Origin: Microgenomates group bacterium RIFCSPHIGHO2_01_FULL_45_11
GTDB lineage: Bacteria; Patescibacteriota; Microgenomatia; UBA1400; 2-01-FULL-45-11
Direction: 5' to 3'
DNA: 47,304 nt
Assembly: GCA_001803465.1 (NCBI GenBank)
Contig: MHDE01000002.1
Coordinates: forward strand, 1 to 47,304
The notes under the pieces were generated by a model, which saw only the letters and a program-made list of their open reading frames with translations, was not told the DNA's origin and did no database searches. Shown piece after piece: positions 18,476-27,364 of the stretch (its first letter is position 1; each line of letters begins with the position of its first letter). The position numbers were made by a program, and so were the translations under genes.

Positions 18476-19786
18476 ATGAGCATCAAATTGAAGGATATCC
18501 TCGGCCTCAATGCTCGTAACCACGAGTATTTATCTCGCTATAATTCGGCAGGAGCAAAGCGCATCGCCGACAGCAAACTCTTAACCAAATCTACTCTTCA
18601 AAAACACGAACTGCCCGTACCCAAACTCTACCGGGTTTTCCGGAAAGAATCGGACTTGGATAAATTCGACTTTACCAGGCTTCCTGAAAGTTTTGTGGTC
18701 AAACCCAACAAAGGCTTAGGCGGCGAAGGCATTATCGTCGTGGAAAAACCGGGTACCTTCGCCGGCGAGTGGATTACTGCCCAAGGCGACACCATCAAAA
18801 TCAACGACTTAAAGCTTCACATTCTCGACATTCTCGCCGGCCGTTTTAGCATGGATAATCTCCGTGACTTTGCTTTTATCGAAGAACGCATCCGCATCCA
18901 CCCAGCCTTTGCCAAATATGCCTATCACGGCACCCCCGATATCGGCATTCTGGTTTTCAATAAGGTCCCAGTCATGGCTTTTTTACGCCTGCCTACCAAA
19001 GAATCGGGTGGCCGGGCCAACATGTTTCAGGGCGCCATTGCTTGCGGTATCGATGTGGCTGCTGGCGCCACTACCTATGCGGCTTACTATTACAGCTACG
19101 TCACCTATTATCCTGGCACCAGAAGAAGGCTGCGCGGCCTTACTATTCCCGAATGGGACCTGGTCTTAGACATCGCCATCCGGGCTGCCGCAGCCGTCGG
19201 TTTAGGCTACATGCGCGCCGATATCGTTTTACAACCCTCCCTTAAACACCCGGGTAAGACCTTGCCTAAAGTCTTGGAAGTCAACGCCCAACCGGGTTTA
19301 AAAATTCAACTGGCTAACCGCGCCGGTCTTAAGCGTCGCTTAGAGCGCGTCGAAGGCCTGGAAATCGACACCCAGGAAAAGGGTATTAAAGTCGCCAAAG
19401 CCCTGTTTGCCGATCGCTCTTTAGCTCATCTGGGTAAAACCCTCAAACCAGTCACGGTTTTTGAAACTGTCGAAGTCGTCAACCAGCTGGGGGAGAAAGT
19501 AGCGATAAAAGCCAAAGTTGATACCGGCGCCTATCGCACCAGTATCGACAAAAATTTGGCAGAAAAACTCGGACTGCTTCGTACCGACAACATTCTTCTT
19601 CATAAACAATTTGAGAGCGCCCTAGGCGCTCATACCCGCGACGTCATTGCCATTAGCTATTACCTTAACGGTAGAAAAATCGATACCACAGCCAGTGTTA
19701 TCGATCGCTCCAATTTAAAGCGCCCCATGCTAGTCGGCCGCCAGGATTTAAAGGGTTTTGTGATAGAATTCTCCCAAAAAATATGA
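18476..19786 (+). CDS. ATP-grasp ligase (alpha-L-glutamate-ligase-like, sugar-transfer-associated type) fused to a C-terminal retropepsin-like (RimB/Zn_protease family) domain
   Basis: ATP-grasp features are FVVKPNKGLGGEGI, ERIR and MRADIVL...VLEVNAQPGL. The C-terminal ~110 aa carries KAKVDTGAYRTSID and RPMLVGRQDLKGF, typical of the ATP-dependent zinc protease/retropepsin-like domain. Confidence 0.8.
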   Translation: MSIKLKDILGLNARNHEYLSRYNSAGAKRIADSKLLTKSTLQKHELPVPKLYRVFRKESDLDKFDFTRLPESFVVKPNKGLGGEGIIVVEKPGTFAGEWITAQGDTIKINDLKLHILDILAGRFSMDNLRDFAFIEERIRIHPAFAKYAYHGTPDIGILVFNKVPVMAFLRLPTKESGGRANMFQGAIACGIDVAAGATTYAAYYYSYVTYYPGTRRRLRGLTIPEWDLVLDIAIRAAAAVGLGYMRADIVLQPSLKHPGKTLPKVLEVNAQPGLKIQLANRAGLKRRLERVEGLEIDTQEKGIKVAKALFADRSLAHLGKTLKPVTVFETVEVVNQLGEKVAIKAKVDTGAYRTSIDKNLAEKLGLLRTDNILLHKQFESALGAHTRDVIAISYYLNGRKIDTTASVIDRSNLKRPMLVGRQDLKGFVIEFSQKI

Positions 19787-20664
19787 AAAAAGGCCTAATA
19801 ATTACTGTCAACGAGTCGCAAGTATTTTATGAGCCAGAGAGAATTCGAGAAGAGGCAAAAAAAAAGGGGATAGACGTTGATTGGTGGTTTTACGAAGACT
19901 TCGAACTTGAAATAAATCAGCAAGGAGTCCTCTGGAAAAACAGAAGCAGGCGGTGTGATTTTTCCCAATACCGCTGGGCGATAGTCCGATCATCAGTAAA
20001 AGACAACGGGGTCAATCACGCCGATCTAAAAGTATCGTTAATCCGTTCTTTGATGGCTACGAGAGTTCGAGTCCCCAACGGCAAGGCTTTTTTAGAATAC
20101 TTACGTTTCTCCAAGCTCGTACAGCATATTCGGCTAGCACAAGCAAAAGTGCCAGTCGTTCCCAGCCAATTTATGTGTATCTTCAACCCAAAAAGCCTAA
20201 AAATTCCTTATCCAGTGATTGTAAAAAACACCTATGGAAGTCAGGGAAAATATGTATCCAAAGCCGCTTCGCCAACAGTATTAAGGCAACACGTCGAGCA
20301 ATACAACCCGTCACAATCACTGTTACAGCAATTTTTACCAACAGGAGAAGATTATCGAATAATAGTAATTCAAGGTAAAGCAGTTGGAGCTATGAAGCGG
20401 ATCGCTCCGCACGGCCAGTTCATCTCCAACATTTCAGCAGGCGGTTTTGCCCAACCCGTACCGCTCTCATCAGAGCTTAAAAAACTTTCTGAAAAAGCTG
20501 CCAAATTGTTTCATCTTGATTTTTGTGGCGTCGACATCATGTGCGACCCAGAGGGTATCCCGTACGTCCTGGAAGTCAACAGACACCCCCAATTTCAGGG
20601 GTTCGAAAAAGCAACAGGAATCAATGTAGCCGAAAAACTGGTAACAAGCGTCAGCGGAGCATAA
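19783..20664 (+). CDS. RimK-family ATP-grasp ligase
   Basis: VIVKNTYGSQGKYV, EDYRIIVIQGKAVGAMKR, SNISAGG and CGVDIMCDPEGIPYVLEVNRHPQFQGFE. ATGA start/stop overlap with the upstream ligase. Confidence 0.85.
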   Translation: MKKGLIITVNESQVFYEPERIREEAKKKGIDVDWWFYEDFELEINQQGVLWKNRSRRCDFSQYRWAIVRSSVKDNGVNHADLKVSLIRSLMATRVRVPNGKAFLEYLRFSKLVQHIRLAQAKVPVVPSQFMCIFNPKSLKIPYPVIVKNTYGSQGKYVSKAASPTVLRQHVEQYNPSQSLLQQFLPTGEDYRIIVIQGKAVGAMKRIAPHGQFISNISAGGFAQPVPLSSELKKLSEKAAKLFHLDFCGVDIMCDPEGIPYVLEVNRHPQFQGFEKATGINVAEKLVTSVSGA

Positions 20665-20668
20665 TACA

Positions 20669-21583
20669 GTGTCGCCACTAACTAACGTAGCCCACTCTAT
20701 CCAGAGGTATTTTGACAACAACATGGCTTCATTAAGGTGGGAAAAACAACTTCATTATGCCGAACGCCTAGGCAAAATCACCGGTCAAAAGAAATATCTT
20801 GACCAAGTTGAACGGCTAATACCTCAGCAAATGCATGAGGCCAAGAGATTATGTGCACTTCTCACCAGCGACTGGTCACAGGAAGCAAAGGTGTTATTAG
20901 CCAGTGTTAAAGTCTTAAAACCAGCTGACAAACTCAAAATAGAGTTATACAAGTCAGATCCCTATCTATTAATAGTCTTTCGTTTTTTATGGTTCGTGTA
21001 CAATTCGTGGCTCGTAACTCAAAAAGACCCGGCCCCGTTAGCTGACGATTTACTAGAAACCATCAGTCAAAAACTGCTAAAAAAAGAAACAGTTAGGGCA
21101 GTAAGTAGCAGGGTAGCTAATAGTTGTTATGCTCTCGAAAAAGTTTATAACGTTCCGCTAGTTGAGTCATACCTTAATACCGTCAACCTCCTTAAATCAT
21201 CTAGAAAGCCTGATGAAATCACTAATTGGTATTATGGCCTTACCCACGTGCTTATCAATGAGTCGGGATATTATCAGCGTTTTATTCCGGAGTATCAAAA
21301 CCGCCAGGTAACTAAACTTCTTATCAAAGACAGTCCCCGAATTATCCAAACTGAAAATATAGATTTAGCCTTAGAAACAGCCATCAGCACCCGTTTAACC
21401 GGAATTAGCCTTAATGCATATGAGACAAAGCTAAAAAAAAGGCTTTTATCCAAATACAACGGCATCTATATTCCCCACGAAGTAAGTACCAATATTAACG
21501 ACACGGAACATCGTAACGTCCTTACCCTCATCTGGATTTTTCTCAAGGAAAAGCAGATTAAGCACTTCTACCCCCTCTCGTAA
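20669..21583 (+). CDS. Hypothetical helical protein (304 aa) translationally coupled to the ATP-grasp pair
   Basis: GTG start 5 nt after the RimK-like stop (alternative ATG at 20723). No recognisable domain. Confidence 0.65.
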   Translation: MSPLTNVAHSIQRYFDNNMASLRWEKQLHYAERLGKITGQKKYLDQVERLIPQQMHEAKRLCALLTSDWSQEAKVLLASVKVLKPADKLKIELYKSDPYLLIVFRFLWFVYNSWLVTQKDPAPLADDLLETISQKLLKKETVRAVSSRVANSCYALEKVYNVPLVESYLNTVNLLKSSRKPDEITNWYYGLTHVLINESGYYQRFIPEYQNRQVTKLLIKDSPRIIQTENIDLALETAISTRLTGISLNAYETKLKKRLLSKYNGIYIPHEVSTNINDTEHRNVLTLIWIFLKEKQIKHFYPLS

Positions 21584-21667
21584 TCCTCAAACTTCCTAAA
21601 TCTCTGCCGATAAAATCATTTCTCACCTTCTTGACAACGAGCGTTAAAATTACCTAGTAATAAACTT

Positions 21668-21768
21668 CCACGGGCTGACACCCGTGGTATTCGCCCGCCT
21701 TAGGCGGGCGAGAAGTATGTTCTGCCTGGAATTCATCCAAGAGCTAACGCTCTTGGTATTCTTCCAGG
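21668..21768. repeat. Array of short palindromes/hairpins
   Basis: ccacgggctgacacccgtgg (21668-21687), tcgcccgccttaggcgggcga (21691-21711), and cctggaa...ccaagagctaacgctcttgg...ttccagg nested (21725-21768). Confidence 0.85.
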
Positions 21769-21793
21769 TTCGAATAATCAAGCGGAGAAAAAT

Positions 21794-22195
21794 ATGACTT
21801 CACATCCAATTGAAATGGGCATGGGTCAGTTAGATTTTGATACCCGATCTCTATTTTTATATGATGGCACGCGTCTTGGCCTTACTCCTCTCGAGCAGGA
21901 TGTTCTCTGTTTACTCTTCTCCAACAATGGCACTCCAGCCTTGCCTGATGAACTGGCAACCGTATTAAATACAAATTTTCAAGTAGCCACAGAACTTGAT
22001 CTTCAAGGCAGGTATCCCGATTTTTACCCAACCACCGAAAATTCTGTTCTCAAGGCAATTTGTCACCTTCGCGAAAAGTTAGAATGCACCGGTTTGTACG
22101 GTTTCATTATCAATGATGGCAAGGGGCGAGGTTACCGTTTTAATCCTGACAAAGTACAACCTTTAAGCTTTCAGCTATCAGCTTTTCTCAAGTGA
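21794..22195 (+). CDS. Stand-alone OmpR/PhoB-type winged-helix DNA-binding protein (no receiver domain)
   Basis: LTPLEQDVLCLLFSNNGTPALPDELATVL...VLKAICHLREKLE...GKGRGYRF follows the Trans_reg_C pattern. Confidence 0.6.
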   Translation: MTSHPIEMGMGQLDFDTRSLFLYDGTRLGLTPLEQDVLCLLFSNNGTPALPDELATVLNTNFQVATELDLQGRYPDFYPTTENSVLKAICHLREKLECTGLYGFIINDGKGRGYRFNPDKVQPLSFQLSAFLK

Positions 22196-22280
22196 TCTTC
22201 TTCTTGTAGCTTGCTTCTCGACAGCAGTCTCATGACAGGTACCACGGCTTTTTAAAAAATGTGGTAACCTGAAAATTGAA

Positions 22281-23750
22281 ATGGCTTCCCGCAGAAAACT
22301 CACATCTGGCATGTGGTCGAGTATTTGGCCAGATACCTTCGTCGTAATAGGTATTACTATCTGCTTCGGTTTTATTTTTTTGTACCGGTTGGGCTACCAA
22401 AGCCTGCAAAGCTTCGACGAAGCCTGGTATGCCGCCATCGCCCGCAATTTAGCTACCGGCAAGGCTGCCCCCTTTTTTTCCCAATTTAACGGCGCCATCT
22501 ACACCGACCACCCTCCCTTAGGCTTCTGGCTCATGGCCGCCTCCATGCGGTTGTTTGGCATCAACGAATGGGCAGCCAGATTTCCCCTTGCCCTCGCCGG
22601 CGTCGGGGGTTTATTGGCTTGCTATTGGTTAGCTAGAAGTATCGGCGGCAAGCAAGCAGGGTTGGTAGCCAGCCTGATGCTTGGCTCTTCACTCTGGTAT
22701 GTTTTCCGTTCCCGCTCTGCCAACTTAGACATCCTGGTATCTGCTCTCATGACTGTGGCAGTAGCCTTACTTGTTTCGGCCCTTAAAAAACCCCGCCTCA
22801 TTTATCTAGCCGCACTGGGCTGGGGCTTGGCCCTCTTATCCAAATCAGTGGTTGCCCTCACCCTCCTGCCCGGTTTTTTCATTTGGTTTCTAATAGTTCC
22901 TCTCAAAATAAAGCCCAAACTTTTCCTGTTTGCCGGCTTTGTCCTCATTCTTCTGGCAATCGTAATTCCCTGGTACCGTATTAATTATCTTTGGCACAGC
23001 AACTCGATTTTTTACAACCTGTTTACTATTGGCCTGCGCTCCGGCACCAACCACGTAAGTCTCGAGGCCGTTAACCAAAACCTTTTATATCTTCGAAGCG
23101 GCATTGGCAAGTGGTATTACCCCGGTTTAATCTCCCTCCCGGTCTCTGTCTTTCTTGTTTTCCTCAAAAAAATACCCTCAACCATTATCTATATTTATGT
23201 CTGGCTACTGGCCATCTTGACCCCCCTAGCTCTATCCGCCAAAACCGAAGTCTGGCACTTAATACCCGCTTACCCTCCCTTGATGGTAGTTTCGGCAATA
23301 ACCCTATTTGCCTTAATCCGTCTGGTGGCGACTCATTTAACTCCGCTGTCTATCCTTGGCCGCAACTTCATTCCGCTACTGGCCACGGCCACTGTCGCCG
23401 TCTTGGCCCTACTCCAGCTGAAATCCTTCTGGACATTGGTAATTCCCTCCGCCTTCGCCGTCAGTCAGGAAGCGGATATTGCCAAGAAAGCGGCTATCTA
23501 CCATCAGCCTTTATACCTCAAAGCCTACTTTTGGCCCGCAGCGGTCTATTATTCCGGCCAAGACTTCATTACTTTTCTCGACCTGGCTAAAGATGCCCAT
23601 CAAGTTATGGTCACCCTCCTCCGCCAGCAGCCAGCGCGCGCCATGTTCATCGTGCCGTTCACTGAACTCGATTCATTAAGCCAAGAAGATGTGAACTTTA
23701 CTGTTTTGGAGCGAAACTCTGCCTACGCCCTCATCACCGGCGCAGACTAA
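22281..23750 (+). CDS. GT-C glycosyltransferase, family 39 (ArnT/PMT-like)
   Basis: Polytopic protein. The first loop SFDEAWYAAIARNL with TDHPPLGFWL is typical of the ArnT/PMT_2 family. Confidence 0.85.
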   Translation: MASRRKLTSGMWSSIWPDTFVVIGITICFGFIFLYRLGYQSLQSFDEAWYAAIARNLATGKAAPFFSQFNGAIYTDHPPLGFWLMAASMRLFGINEWAARFPLALAGVGGLLACYWLARSIGGKQAGLVASLMLGSSLWYVFRSRSANLDILVSALMTVAVALLVSALKKPRLIYLAALGWGLALLSKSVVALTLLPGFFIWFLIVPLKIKPKLFLFAGFVLILLAIVIPWYRINYLWHSNSIFYNLFTIGLRSGTNHVSLEAVNQNLLYLRSGIGKWYYPGLISLPVSVFLVFLKKIPSTIIYIYVWLLAILTPLALSAKTEVWHLIPAYPPLMVVSAITLFALIRLVATHLTPLSILGRNFIPLLATATVAVLALLQLKSFWTLVIPSAFAVSQEADIAKKAAIYHQPLYLKAYFWPAAVYYSGQDFITFLDLAKDAHQVMVTLLRQQPARAMFIVPFTELDSLSQEDVNFTVLERNSAYALITGAD

Positions 23751-23825
23751 ATTGACAACGCTATCAGAATGTTTTAATTCATTAGTAGTATTTCTTAATT
23801 CTTTCCTGGTATACAACACCCTGTC

Positions 23826-25034
23826 ATGAAAAAGCTACTACGCACTATACGCATTAAAAAGGTTGTCGTAGGCTTAAGCGGCGGCGTTGACTCTGCCGTC
23901 GCCGCTTCCCGCCTTGTTGATGCCGGTTATCAAGTCACCGCCGTCTTTCTGGAATGTTATCAGGGCCCCGGTTGCCGCACCCAGGAGGATAGAAAAGACG
24001 CTCTCGACATCGCTCTCAAACTCAACGTCCCCTTCCAAGTTCTCGACCTAAAAAAACCCTACCACGACAAAGTAGTTGATTATTTTTTTAAAGAGTACCA
24101 GGCCGGCCGGACTCCAAACCCAGACACGATCTGTAATCGGGATATTAAATTTGGCCTTTTTTATGACTGGGCCATGGATAAGGGCTTCGACTATGTCGCC
24201 ACGGGACATTACGCCAGGATCAAAGTCAAAAGTCCCGTCGAAGACGAAGCTCGCCTCTGGCGGCAAAAGTCAAAAGTCAAAAATACAACTAAAAATTCAA
24301 AGAATAACAATGAAAAAAACTACGAACTACGGACTACTCCCTACGAACTCCTGCGAGGCATCGACGAGCATAAAGACCAATCTTACTTTCTCTATCTTCT
24401 GCGTCAAGAACAACTCTCCCACCTCCTTTTCCCGGTAGGGGAGTCAACCAAAACTGAAGTCAGAAAGGAAGCCCAACAACGCGGCTTATCCGTCGCCGCC
24501 AAGCCCGACAGCCAAGGCATTTGTTTTATTGGTGAAGTCAATGTTAGAAAATTCTTGGGAAGTCGCATCAAACCCAAAAAGGGGAGGGTAATAACCAAAA
24601 AGGGGCAACCAATAGGTGAGCACGATGGCGTTTGGTTCTTCACCATCGGCCAACGGGGCGGCTGGCGATTAAGTCCGAGTTATCAACGGGTTTTTTCCGG
24701 GTCGCTTCCACCCCTATATATCATAAGAAAAAATGTGTCCAAAAATGAATTAATTATTGGACTCAAAGAAGATTGTTATCAAGATAAATTATCTATTTCC
24801 AATGTTCATTGGCTCCATGAGGACATCGAATCACGAATCACGAATCACGAATTAAGGGACTTGAAAGTAAAGATTCGTCATCAGGGTGAATTAATACCAG
24901 TTAAAAGCATTTCCGTAATTCAAAATTCGAAATTCTTACTTCAGCTCGCGAAGCGAGCTTTTGGGGTGGCGCCGGGTCAAGCGTGTGTCTTCTATGATAG
25001 AGAAGTTTGTTTGGGGGGAGGAACTATCAGATAA
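23826..25034 (+). CDS. mnmA: tRNA-specific 2-thiouridylase MnmA, with low-complexity insertions
   Basis: PP-loop VVVGLSGGVDSAVAA, NPDTICNRDIKFG, ATGHYAR, KDQSYFL and DSQGICFIG. Extra Lys/Asn-rich segment at about 24230-24350 and a gaatcac x3.5 tandem at 24827-24852. Confidence 0.9.
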   Translation: MKKLLRTIRIKKVVVGLSGGVDSAVAASRLVDAGYQVTAVFLECYQGPGCRTQEDRKDALDIALKLNVPFQVLDLKKPYHDKVVDYFFKEYQAGRTPNPDTICNRDIKFGLFYDWAMDKGFDYVATGHYARIKVKSPVEDEARLWRQKSKVKNTTKNSKNNNEKNYELRTTPYELLRGIDEHKDQSYFLYLLRQEQLSHLLFPVGESTKTEVRKEAQQRGLSVAAKPDSQGICFIGEVNVRKFLGSRIKPKKGRVITKKGQPIGEHDGVWFFTIGQRGGWRLSPSYQRVFSGSLPPLYIIRKNVSKNELIIGLKEDCYQDKLSISNVHWLHEDIESRITNHELRDLKVKIRHQGELIPVKSISVIQNSKFLLQLAKRAFGVAPGQACVFYDREVCLGGGTIR

Positions 25035-25062
25035 AAATGACTGGATGCTATAATGCATTGTT

Positions 25063-25329
25063 ATGGAAGAAATTAATCAAAATCGACTTCCACAGGATTG
25101 CATGCGGGCTTCACAAAATTTAGATTGGGCTAAGGGTGTGCGAGCAGCTTACGTAATTGCCGATGTATTGATGATGTTATTTGCACATAAAGTCCCCGAA
25201 TATAACCACTTAATTTTTTTAGAAGTTTTTGCCATTGGACTTATTGAGATGATAGGCGCTGGAATAAATACATTTCGTCGGGATATCGAATTTAAATTAA
25301 TAGCTGATCGTTATCAGAACAACAATTAA
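25063..25329 (+). CDS. Hypothetical small membrane protein
   Basis: 88-aa ORF with two hydrophobic segments. tataat lies ~15 nt upstream. Confidence 0.4.
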   Translation: MEEINQNRLPQDCMRASQNLDWAKGVRAAYVIADVLMMLFAHKVPEYNHLIFLEVFAIGLIEMIGAGINTFRRDIEFKLIADRYQNNN

Positions 25330-25392
25330 ATTAGCATAGAGGCTGAGTGATGTTTTCTTTCAAGCTGAAGTGCCCTCCCAGCTAAAGCTTCG

Positions 25393-25788
25393 GTGAGTAA
25401 ATGTTTAGAGGTCTCACTTGTCATTGATTGGAAAAAGCGTTATGAACAATCTATGCCCAGAAGATATAATTCAAGGGAGCGTGAACCTAATCTCTTACCA
25501 CCAGGCGACCTGACAGGATACGGTATTGAAATCCGTCACACTAGCCGAGAGTATCAAGAACATTTTGGCCTCAGCCCCGATGCAGTTCTCGTCGGCGTCG
25601 AATTGTTACCGAAAAAATACAACTTGATTCCCATCGGCCACTTCGATCAAGGAATATTCAGTACTCCTCCCGATCGAGCCCCGGACGTGAGAACACTATT
25701 AAATTCAAATCTACTCCAGGAACTTCCAGAAATTGCTGCCGCCTTGCAGGCCTGGCTAACCACCACTTCATCAGCAAGTGATCAGTAA
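25393..25788 (+). CDS. Hypothetical protein
   Basis: 131-aa ORF with a GTG start (alternative ATG at 25453). No domain recognised. Confidence 0.4.
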   Translation: MSKCLEVSLVIDWKKRYEQSMPRRYNSREREPNLLPPGDLTGYGIEIRHTSREYQEHFGLSPDAVLVGVELLPKKYNLIPIGHFDQGIFSTPPDRAPDVRTLLNSNLLQELPEIAAALQAWLTTTSSASDQ

Positions 25789-25802
25789 CTAGAAGAAATG
25801 AT

Positions 25803-26513
25803 CTACTGGGTTGTTCCCGTCGTCGGCGTGGCTGACGGGCTGGCTTTTGGAGTAGTTGTCGGTAAAGGAGAAGTCCGTGGCGTTGCGCTCGGCGTCGCCA
25901 TCAACGTCGGAATTGGCTTTGGACTGGGTCGAGGCAATGGCGTTGGTCTGCTAATCGGAGCCGGCGAGGGCACCGTTGACTGGGCTCCCGATCGAAAATC
26001 GCTGATGCGTTGGACCAGAAGGTAAGCGCTGGTTAACCCCCCGGCCAACACAAAAAAGATCAGTAATCCTAGGAGCGCCTTTTTACCCCCACTCTTTTTG
26101 CCGTTGGGCGGTTCACCGGGCATAGTCGGTACTCCCGGACTAACCGGAGTTAGGATAGTTGGTGTCGTTGCATCTGGCGTCATCGGCATTGGTTCAAAAG
26201 TAGGGCTTCCGCTAGGAGAGGGCATAGTTGACGCCGGCTCGGGCGTCGGAACAGTTGGTGCAGCTGGTATCGGTTCTACCGGCGTCGTCACCATCAGGGG
26301 CGGTTCAGGGATGGTAGAAGTCGGAGTTGGAACTATTGGTTCCGGCATTGGATTAACCGGTTCTGGCTCAGTTGGGGGAGTAGTTGGTTGAGATAGCGGT
26401 TGAGTTGGGCTGGTAGGCTCGGTGGGATTTAGCGCCGTCGGTGCCGCTGGCGTACCGGCCATCGGATCAGGCATTGTCGTCGGAGAATTCGGGTCAGTTG
26501 ATTGGTCAGGCAT
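25803..26513 (-). CDS. Pro/Thr-rich single-pass membrane protein
   Basis: Low-complexity P/T/E-rich regions flank one TM helix (ALLGLLIFFVLAGGLTSAYLLV). The antisense ORFs are mirror artefacts. Confidence 0.6.
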   Translation of the reverse strand: MPDQSTDPNSPTTMPDPMAGTPAAPTALNPTEPTSPTQPLSQPTTPPTEPEPVNPMPEPIVPTPTSTIPEPPLMVTTPVEPIPAAPTVPTPEPASTMPSPSGSPTFEPMPMTPDATTPTILTPVSPGVPTMPGEPPNGKKSGGKKALLGLLIFFVLAGGLTSAYLLVQRISDFRSGAQSTVPSPAPISRPTPLPRPSPKPIPTLMATPSATPRTSPLPTTTPKASPSATPTTGTTQ

Positions 26514-26617
26514 ACTTAATTTTGTAGCACGATTTATATTCTCAATGCAACCCCAATTTTAATAAGATCGTTTAATGACATCTTAAGAAAACAATCATCA
26601 TTACTTGTTTACAGGAT

Positions 26618-27247
26618 CTAGCGGCACGGATCAATCCACAAACCAATCCCTCTAGTTAGGTAATAGTAAACTGACCCTGACCCATCGGAGTAGATTAGCG
26701 TTTCCGTTTCCGGCTGGTAGCCGAGGAAAGTCAACCTCGTTTTTGTTCCCGGAGTTTCGTCAATCCACTGTAACATTCTGCCTTGAGAGTCAAGCACCAC
26801 TCTTTTTCTATCATCATTACCTCCCACCGTATAGCTCACCATTCGGGCCTCGGTATCCACCACCACGCTACCAACCTCGGGTACCGCCGTTTTCGGATCG
26901 CTCGGGCCGATGAGCGATATCATCCAGACTTCATTTGACACTAAATCAGTCATCTCTACCACACAGCCATTATTACAATTAATTAATCCGGAGATTTTCG
27001 AGTCGAAAGGGTAAATCGTCAAATCACGAGAGTTTTTATCGTCCGCAGTTGGCAAAGGCAGGGGATAGCTACAAAAGTCCGGCTGGGGCGTCAGCTTGGT
27101 GAGGCGCAGCTTCGTCCCCGTCAGCCCTAAAGCCAGGGCACTTCTAGCATCATAGCCGGACAAATTAATTACCACTAAAACAGTCATCAAACCGATCGTC
27201 AAACCCAAGCCTACTAAATGGAGTACAATTGCCATACGGGAAGTCAT
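26618..27247 (-). CDS. N-terminally anchored hypothetical protein
   Basis: 209 aa with an N-terminal TM (IVLHLVGLGLTIGLMTVLVV) followed by a soluble domain. Confidence 0.65.
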   Translation of the reverse strand: MTSRMAIVLHLVGLGLTIGLMTVLVVINLSGYDARSALALGLTGTKLRLTKLTPQPDFCSYPLPLPTADDKNSRDLTIYPFDSKISGLINCNNGCVVEMTDLVSNEVWMISLIGPSDPKTAVPEVGSVVVDTEARMVSYTVGGNDDRKRVVLDSQGRMLQWIDETPGTKTRLTFLGYQPETETLIYSDGSGSVYYYLTRGIGLWIDPCR

Positions 27248-27280
27248 CGTTTTGTTTTGATTGTACCTTAACTAGGGGCT

Positions 27281-27345
27281 TTTGAAAGATTCTGAAACAA
27301 GTTCAGAATGACCTTATTCGTCATGCTGAATTTACTTCAGCATCT
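27281..27345. repeat. Two REP-like hairpins
   Basis: attctgaaacaagttcagaat and atgctgaatttacttcagcat in tandem. The same word family (gatcctgaattaaattcaggatc, tttcagcatc) occurs at 36050-36105. Confidence 0.8.
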
Positions 27346-27364
27346 CCACCACCAACCCATTTTT

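Noticed and set aside
21668-21700. ccacgggctgacacccgtgg + ta + ttcgccc, considered as a possible 3' half (T arm plus acceptor strand) matching the GGGCGAA tRNA-Ile stub
   Set aside because: The stem is 7 bp with a 6-nt loop lacking TTCRA, two extra nt precede the acceptor strand, and there is no CCA or discriminator context. A 7-mer match is expected by chance in 47 kb.
25798-26391. Plus-strand Gly/Val-rich ORFs 25798-26025 and 26098-26391
   Set aside because: They are mirror frames of the Pro/Thr-rich minus-strand gene: GGN/GTN is the complement of NCC/NAC.
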